Below, in pieces: positions 58,122 through 64,000 of a stretch of DNA of 64,000 nucleotides; position 1 is the first letter of the stretch, and every line of letters begins with the position of its first letter. The stretch is taken from contig CBDFKD010000002.1 of assembly GCA_965248695.1 (NCBI GenBank), positions 480,001 through 544,000 on the forward strand, written 5' to 3'. The position numbers and the translations under genes are program-made. Under the pieces are notes generated by a model, which worked only from the letters and a program-made list of their open reading frames with translations, did no database searches and was not told the origin of the DNA. This stretch comes from Acidobacteriota bacterium (GTDB lineage: Bacteria > Acidobacteriota > UBA890 > WLXD01).

Positions 58122-58964
58122 CTAGCTGAGCTCGAGTAGAAGCTGGTTGACTGCTTCCTGGACCCTGTCACCGTCGGATGACCCGTCGTGCTGGACGATA
58201 CGAGCCAACAACGTGCGAGCAGCGGCGTACTCGCCGGCCTGCACTTGGAGTCGAGCCAGGTAATAGGCAGCGGCGCGCCCCGCCGTACCCCACTCACTGT
58301 CCGAATCCTGCAACCTCGACACGTGGGCCTCGAGCGCCTGGCGGGCGGCCGGCATTCGGCGTCCCTCGAAAAACAGCGCCAAGCCGAGCAGGAGTGTCCC
58401 GTCTGGGTGATACACGCTGGCGAATTCGGCGAGATGGCTGCCCGCCTCACCGTAGCGAGCATCGCCGAGCGCGCCAACGCCGGCCAGCAGGGCGATGGAC
58501 CTATCAGCCTCTGCCCCTGAGCCCGTAACCACACGGCCGGGCTCGTGCACAGCCTCCAACATGAAAGCAATCGCGCCGAGGATTCGAGCGTCCGAGGGTG
58601 TCACTTCGAGATAGTCGCGGCCGGCGAGCTCGGGCGGAGGCGCTGCCCCCGGCGAGGCCGCGACGGCGGCGTGATTGTCGGTCGAACCGGCAACGGATCG
58701 TTCGGTGCCAAACCCGACGAACCAGACCGCAGCACCGACGAGCAGCACCGCTGCGGCAGCTGCGGCGACAGACCGATGTGCGTACCACGGCGCCTGGTTC
58801 TGTCGCGGCGCGGCGCGGCGCAGGAGGATCACGGCGGCCAGCTGATCGCCGCAATCGCGGCATGCAAAACAATGCTCACGCACCTCATCGGCGCGGTCTT
58901 GGCTCAGTGAGCCACGAACATAGTCGACCATGTCCAGAGGATCTGCGTGCATCCCCACACTCAT
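58122..58964 (-). CDS. Membrane-bound ZAS anti-sigma factor with extracytoplasmic TPR-like domain
   Basis: N-terminal HADPLDMVDYVRGSL...HCFACRDCG; TM helix VAAAAAAVLLVGAAVWFVGF; TPR-like helices (AAYYLARLQVQAGEYAAARTLL); ATGA coupling to the sigma gene. Confidence 0.8.
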   Translation of the reverse strand: MSVGMHADPLDMVDYVRGSLSQDRADEVREHCFACRDCGDQLAAVILLRRAAPRQNQAPWYAHRSVAAAAAAVLLVGAAVWFVGFGTERSVAGSTDNHAAVAASPGAAPPPELAGRDYLEVTPSDARILGAIAFMLEAVHEPGRVVTGSGAEADRSIALLAGVGALGDARYGEAGSHLAEFASVYHPDGTLLLGLALFFEGRRMPAARQALEAHVSRLQDSDSEWGTAGRAAAYYLARLQVQAGEYAAARTLLARIVQHDGSSDGDRVQEAVNQLLLELS

Positions 58965-59520
58965 GTCTGCCCGCCACCGTTCGATTCCACACTCACTCGA
59001 CGTCCGAGTTGTGACAACGCTGCCTGCAACCGGCTGTGTACCGTGCTGATCGGCGCGTCCTGAATCGCCGCCACTTCGCGTAGCTTCATCGGCGGATCCC
59101 GCAATACAAGCAGCTCGAGCACCTCGCGATGGACCGGTTCGAGACCATCGAGCAGCCGGAGCGCCGTCTCCACGAGCTTCCGTTGGGTGCGCGACCTCTC
59201 CGCACCGAGCAACATTCGCAAAGGATCGGAAGCAACTTCCTCGCTCGGCGCGGGTGCAGATACCTCATCCAACGGCCGAGTCGGCGCCGTTGCTGGAACA
59301 GTTGCAATGCTGCAGTGCGAACCGCCGTGAGCACGTAGTTATGGGCGTCCTGCTCGCTGCCGAACGTGGGGCGCGCATGCACGGTTCGAGCGACGGCTTC
59401 CTGAACAACTTCCTCCGCGTCCGTCACATTACCAGTGAGGGACAACGCGTACCCTCTCCAACGATGAAAGCGGGAGAGCCACGCCTTTTCGATGTAGTCG
59501 TAGGAAGTTATCGATGCCAC
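58961..59520 (-). pseudogene. ECF RNA polymerase sigma factor, frameshifted at ~59275 between regions 2 and 4
   Basis: Region 2 (YALSLTGNVTDAEEVVQEA...YVLTAVR) lies in ORF 59520-59086 and region 4 (LEPVHREVLEL...LREVAAIQDAPISTVHSRLQAA) in ORF 59272-58961; one extra C (CTC [C]GG CCG TTG) would join them. Confidence 0.78.
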
Positions 59521-59737
59521 GGGATCGCAGTCCTCCGAAGGCCAAGTTGCACGACCAGCGCATTCTATCCTTGTCCGGTTGCCGCAACGGCGTCAATGGG
59601 CCGTTCGGAAACCGCCGGACCACCGGCCTCTGACCACAAAAAACTTCTACAAATACGCCCGACAACAACGTCGCGCCCGATGCTTCCAGGCGCTGTGCCG
59701 GTTACGATTCCATTGGAGGCAGAATCACGGATGGCTC

Positions 59738-60715
59738 GTGCGACGTACCCCAGGTCAGCCTCAGCCGGCGCAACGCAGCGAAAGCCGCTTACTCGGCGGC
59801 AGCGACACGATGGGTCAGGTTCGCGATCAGATCAAGGTCGCCGCGCAGTTCAGCGAACCGGTGCTCGTGTTGGGCGAGACCGGTGTCGGCAAGGAGCTGG
59901 TGGCGCAGCAGATCCACAGCCGCAGCCCGCGGTCTCAGGCGAGAGCCGGGCTCCAGGTCGTCAACTGCGCCGGGCTGAGCCCCGATGTGCTCGCCGCCGA
60001 GCTGTTTGGCCACCGCCGCGGTGCGTTCACCGGTGCTGATCGTGATCGCAGCGGTCGGATCAGGTCGGCAGACGGCTCGACCATGGTCCTCGATGAGATC
60101 AGCGAAGCTCCTCCGTCACTCCAAGCCACCGTCCTGCGTACCGTGGAGTATGGCGAAGTGCAGCCGGTCGGTTCGGATTTTCTTTTCCGCGTCGATGTGC
60201 GCTTCGTCGCCACCAGCAACAGAACGCTGACAGAGCTCGGGCTCAGTGATGCGTTCCGCACCGACCTGTTACACCGCCTTGCGGCATTTGTAATCGAAAT
60301 CCCGCCACTGCGGCACCGGTCTGCTGATCTGGACGAGATCGCCGCCGCGTACCTCGCAACACTCGCCGATCGGTACGGGCGCGAGTGCGAATTGAGCGTC
60401 GGAGGCATGGCCCTCCTGCACGAGCATTCGTTCCCGGGCAACGTACGCGAGCTGCGACAAATTCTGTTGCGAGCCTATGCTGCATCCACCGGCGGTCACA
60501 TCGCCCCGGACGCAATTGCGGCAGCAATCCTCCCGACCGACCACGAAGCCGCTGGCATCTCCGACATCAGACCGCAGACGCTGTCCTACCGCACATTCCT
60601 CAACGCGTTCCGCGCCGAGACCGGCATGTCGCCGAGTGGCTTCCAGAGACGCGCCCTCGCCACCGTTCGAGCACCGGCGGTCGAAGCCCGGACGCCTTAT
60701 CGGCGCTCCGCCTGA
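59738..60715 (+). CDS. Sigma54-dependent activator (bEBP AAA+) without a sensory domain and with an AraC-like C-terminal tail
   Basis: LLGGSDTM, GETGVGKE, VNCAG, ELFGHRRGAFTGA, VLDEI, FRTDLLHRL, FPGNVREL; tail SYRTFLNAFRAETGMSP. Start uncertain: GTG 59738, or ATG 59731 with a frameshift. Confidence 0.85.
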   Translation: MRRTPGQPQPAQRSESRLLGGSDTMGQVRDQIKVAAQFSEPVLVLGETGVGKELVAQQIHSRSPRSQARAGLQVVNCAGLSPDVLAAELFGHRRGAFTGADRDRSGRIRSADGSTMVLDEISEAPPSLQATVLRTVEYGEVQPVGSDFLFRVDVRFVATSNRTLTELGLSDAFRTDLLHRLAAFVIEIPPLRHRSADLDEIAAAYLATLADRYGRECELSVGGMALLHEHSFPGNVRELRQILLRAYAASTGGHIAPDAIAAAILPTDHEAAGISDIRPQTLSYRTFLNAFRAETGMSPSGFQRRALATVRAPAVEARTPYRRSA

Positions 60716-60724
60716 ACAACCGGA

Positions 60725-61102
60725 TCAGCCGATAATCTCGGCGATCTCTTCGGTGTTGGGTACCGCCAGCACGAACGCCGCGGTACCGCTGGTGCGATTG
60801 CTAACGGTGTACGAATGATCGATGTTGATCCCGGCCTGGCCGAGCTCCCGGGCGATCTCGGCCAGGTTACCCGGCTCGTCGGGAACCACGAGGCGCAATA
60901 CATCGACGAGCTCGACGGCGAACCCGTGCCCGACCAGAATCTCAGCCGCCTGTTCGGGGTCGCTGCTGAGAATATGGGCGGTGTCTCCCCAGACGGCAAA
61001 GCCGAGGATGTTGATCTCGCGGCCGCCAAGCACCTCGGAGATCGTCCCCAACACGCCGGGTTTATCGGCCACCTGAACTCTCAGCTCGCGCGCCGCCGCC
61101 AT
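60725..61102 (-). CDS. Tandem ACT-domain protein
   Basis: VADKPGVLGTI...GINI-type and VPDEPGNLAEI...GINID repeats; RBS GGAGGG. Confidence 0.88.
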   Translation of the reverse strand: MAAARELRVQVADKPGVLGTISEVLGGREINILGFAVWGDTAHILSSDPEQAAEILVGHGFAVELVDVLRLVVPDEPGNLAEIARELGQAGINIDHSYTVSNRTSGTAAFVLAVPNTEEIAEIIG

Positions 61103-61176
61103 CGTCCCTCCACCGTGGGCCCACCGGGCATCATCGTAGCAGCCGCCCGAACGGCACAGTAGAGGTGCAACGTGTG

Positions 61177-61973
61177 CTATTCCGTCGTCGCGGTCTTGCG
61201 TCGGCGGTAACACGTCCACATTTCGCGAACCCAGTCAGCAACCGGACGAACCGCCACCTCTTCCAGGAATCGAGTCATCTCTTCCGGGGGGTATCCCGGC
61301 GGTAGCGGCGAGTTCTCGATCGCTCGCGCGTCCCAAGGCGATCCGGGTGGGCGAACGGCGGGCCCGAGCACGGCGGCTGCGGTCAGATCGGCGGCCCGGT
61401 GAAATGGTCTCCGACCAGGAACGGCCCGGTGACCGTCGAGATCCACTCCTCCAGCTGGTCGAGGGCGGTCAGCAGCTCAGCGCGCCGGCGAACGGTGTTG
61501 TCGGCGGTGAGGGTGCGCCGCCTGCGCATGCCGCGCTGAACGAGCGGCACCGAGAGCCGTACCAGCAAGCGCCCGGCCGGCCCCAGACCCTGCTGGAAGA
61601 CGTGCCGAAGCACCTCCGGATGCTGCGTGATGTGGAAGTACAGGTAGCGCGAGACGTTTGGGGCACAGTGCTCGTCGCAGAAATCCTCGATTTCGGCAGC
61701 CCTGACAGCGTGCTCGGCATCGTGCGGGAAGAGGGGCGGATCCGGGCGAATCCGATCGAGGTAATGAAGGATATCCGTCGAGTCCTTGACCACCACATTG
61801 GTGTCGGAATCGACCAGAACCGGCACCGTCGACGTTCCAGCCACACGCTTGACGGTGAGGATGTGGGCACCGGGAACCAGCAGCCGCGAGCGATACGGTA
61901 GCCCCTTGTAGTCGAGAGCCCAGCGCACCTTCTCGCTGAAGTGCGATACGTACAGATGGTAGAGCGTCAGCAC
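61177..61973 (-). pseudogene. Glutathione S-transferase family protein, frameshifted at ~61397
   Basis: SHFSEKVRWALDYKGL, TVPVL, DSTDI; FLVGDHFT joins AADLTAAAVLGP in another frame at ACC GG GCC GCC GAT. May be a sequencing error. Confidence 0.78.
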
Positions 61974-62039
61974 GGCGCGAACTCGCGATAACCTATCGTA
62001 ACGGCTTGACCTGACCGCGCCACGCAACAGGATGGAAGC

Positions 62040-62267
62040 ATGCGTTTCCGCGTCAAGGTGAATCCGAGCTCCAAATCAGAAGGTGTCCGACTGCTGGAGG
62101 AGGGGTTCTATCAGGTGCGCACGCGTGCCCCCGCAGAGGGCGGCATGGCCAACCGACGTGTGCTGGAGCTGCTGGCACGCGAGCTCGGGTGCAGGGTCGA
62201 CAACCTGCGGATCGTCGCTGGCGCCACCGGCACGCTCAAACAGGTGGAGCTGCTCCGCACCCCATAA
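62040..62267 (+). CDS. DUF167/YggU (UPF0235) family protein
   Basis: RVKVNPSS, RAPAEGGMAN, IVAGATGTLK. Confidence 0.85.
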   Translation: MRFRVKVNPSSKSEGVRLLEEGFYQVRTRAPAEGGMANRRVLELLARELGCRVDNLRIVAGATGTLKQVELLRTP

Positions 62268-62277
62268 CCAACCCCGG

Positions 62278-62928
62278 TCAAACGAGCACCGGCCCGCTCG
62301 CGATCCGGCGTGCCAGTAGCAGGCCCCAGGGACCCCAGAGCACGTACGCCATACGCAGCGGCGCCGCTCCGGCTGGAACTTCCAGCACCAGGTGGGCCCC
62401 GACGGCAAGCACAGCCAGCGCCGCGAATCCACTCGACAGGTAGCCGAAGCCGCGCCCTGCTGCCGGCCGATCGGGCGACGTGGCGTGGCCGGCGCGCAAT
62501 ACGTGCCATCCGATCGCGCCCCACCACGACCCGACCGCCAGAACCGCCATCACCTCGCTCAACATCATTGGCCAGTCGGCAAGGTCGGCAAGCAGACCGA
62601 GCGCCGAGACCAGGAACCCCGCTGCGCCGAGAAGCGCCCATGAGCGCATATGTCTGGAACGACGTGGCAAGGCCGGCCGGGCACCGAGTGCTACCGAAGC
62701 GGCGGCCAATCCCAGACCGGCCAGCGCGAAGCCCCAGCCCACGACAAGTCCGGATTGACCCGCCAGATGAAAGAACAGGGCCACGGTGGAGGCCAGGGCC
62801 GTGGCACCACCGAAGAGCGCCGCCCGCGCCGCTGGTAGCTGCCAACCGGCAGCCGCGGGGCTGTCGCTTGCAGGCGCCTGAGGTTCGCCGCCCGCGCTGT
62901 CTGTCGAGCGTTCGTCGCTGGGTTCCAT
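62278..62928 (-). CDS. Integral membrane hypothetical protein
   Basis: About six hydrophobic helices; no recognisable motif. Confidence 0.55.
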   Translation of the reverse strand: MEPSDERSTDSAGGEPQAPASDSPAAAGWQLPAARAALFGGATALASTVALFFHLAGQSGLVVGWGFALAGLGLAAASVALGARPALPRRSRHMRSWALLGAAGFLVSALGLLADLADWPMMLSEVMAVLAVGSWWGAIGWHVLRAGHATSPDRPAAGRGFGYLSSGFAALAVLAVGAHLVLEVPAGAAPLRMAYVLWGPWGLLLARRIASGPVLV

Positions 62929-63035
62929 CGGTCACCGGTTACGGGGCCGAGATCTATCTGAGAGTAGCAGCTCTACGCCGGATGGCGGACCGAGAAGGCA
63001 AGTCCAGCGCGTAGAACGCCAGTCAGCGAGATACT

Positions 63036-63785
63036 TCAGGTAAGCAGCACGAACGCGGCGGCGGAAGCGGCTACCTGGATGGTGAAGTTGTCCAGGCCAT
63101 GGTTGCTCACCGCCTCGACAAGCGCTCCGAAGACGCCACAGGCAATCCCGACCGCCAGCGCGGCGCCGCCGGAAAGCCCGAACAGGTACAACCCGGTCGC
63201 AGCGGCGAACGCACCGCCAAGGCAGACCGCAAGAGAGCCCTCGAGTGTTCGGTGCGCCCGTACGCCGCCGATCGACGGCACGCGATAGCCGTGCTTCCCC
63301 CATCGCGACCCCACCGGCTCACCCAACGCGTCACCCCAGCCGCAGACGAGATAGCCGACGAAAGCGAACTGCGGGAAGAACAGATTGCTGGCCAGCCCGC
63401 CGGCAGCGGTGGTGGCCAACGGCACGAGGATGAACAGCGATCGGCGCGGCCGATCGGTGTCACGCGCCATCGCCTCGTAGACCGGATAGCCATCGCCACG
63501 CCAGACCGCATAGAGCACAATCGCGGCAACCAGGCTGCCGAACAACGAAACCGCCGGCAGACCCCAGGCAATCTGGACGAGCCCGGCAACGGTGAAGATC
63601 GAGAAGTGGAAGATCTTCCGCGTGTACGACACGCGCACACCACGTGAGCTCCGCAGCCAGCCGGCGAACCACGCCGCCGATGCCCCATAGGCCAGAAACA
63701 GCGGCCCGAGCGCGTACAGCATCCACGGCGTCGGAATTGTTCCGAGCAGGAAACTCCAGCTCCGCACAACCAACTCGCCAGCCAC
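63036..63785 (-). CDS. CTP-dependent lipid kinase family (dolichol/phytol/diacylglycerol kinase-like) membrane protein
   Basis: YTRKIFH, GWGDALGEPVGSRWG, RTLEGS, VEAVS..GLDN; RBS GGAGG before GTG 63785. Confidence 0.82.
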   Translation of the reverse strand: MAGELVVRSWSFLLGTIPTPWMLYALGPLFLAYGASAAWFAGWLRSSRGVRVSYTRKIFHFSIFTVAGLVQIAWGLPAVSLFGSLVAAIVLYAVWRGDGYPVYEAMARDTDRPRRSLFILVPLATTAAGGLASNLFFPQFAFVGYLVCGWGDALGEPVGSRWGKHGYRVPSIGGVRAHRTLEGSLAVCLGGAFAAATGLYLFGLSGGAALAVGIACGVFGALVEAVSNHGLDNFTIQVAASAAAFVLLT

Positions 63786-64000
63786 TACATGCCTCCGGCA
63801 GCGTCGGCCGCCGGCGGTTCCTGTAACGCGCTCAGCTGGCCGCTGAAGCGTCGCTGGATCCGCCGTTGGACGGCGCCGAGCCCAGGACCGTACACGTACC
63901 AGGGACCGCCGCTGGCGAGCGTCTCGAGCAACGCCGGCGAGCCTGGCGCCACTGACCTCCACTCGAGCCCCGCCTCGCCGATGGCCACCCGGCGGTCGCC
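63785..64000 (-). CDS. C-terminal part of a gene extending beyond the window (function unknown)
   Basis: Its stop TAG overlaps the start of the kinase gene; the frame is open to the window edge. Confidence 0.4.
   Translation of the reverse strand, partial: GDRRVAIGEAGLEWRSVAPGSPALLETLASGGPWYVYGPGLGAVQRRIQRRFSGQLSALQEPPAADAAGGM

Noticed and set aside
1-64000. CRISPR arrays, tRNA/rRNA genes, transposases or integrases
   Set aside because: No regularly spaced repeats, cloverleaf or rRNA-like tracts, or DDE/tyrosine-recombinase motifs were recognised by eye. A covariance-model search was not possible.

Overview
High-GC bacterial DNA, probably Acidobacteriota-like. This is inferred from the PadR + duplicated ABC permease pair, the VPS10/BNR hydrolase and the DUF1592-DUF1552-ankyrin module. 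From left to right the window holds: (1) a secreted VPS10-like hydrolase and a cytochrome-c DUF1592/DUF1552/ankyrin operon; (2) a 19.4-kb contiguous, largely translationally coupled PUFA-synthase + olefin cluster (pfaD-pfaA-pfaBC-oleABCD), with two gene remnants on its left and a hipBA toxin-antitoxin pair on its right; (3) aconitase, exported peptidases/hydrolases, a PadR-ADOP pair, a DHDPS/NanA-fold protein lacking its catalytic Lys, a Zn alcohol dehydrogenase and an osmoprotectant ABC transporter; (4) a divergent paaA-D-B-C-Zn-ribbon diiron epoxidase cluster; (5) an unusual regulatory/peptide locus at 56.5-60.7 kb. That locus has an ECF sigma plus membrane ZAS anti-sigma, a divergent sigma54 activator, and a sigma54-type promoter in front of a secreted 8-Cys peptide, a CxxC thioredoxin-fold protein and two stand-alone ZAS microproteins. 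Three clear frameshifts (dppA, ECF sigma, GST) may be assembly errors. No rRNA, tRNA, CRISPR array or transposase was recognised. All calls are from motif reading by eye; no searches were run.
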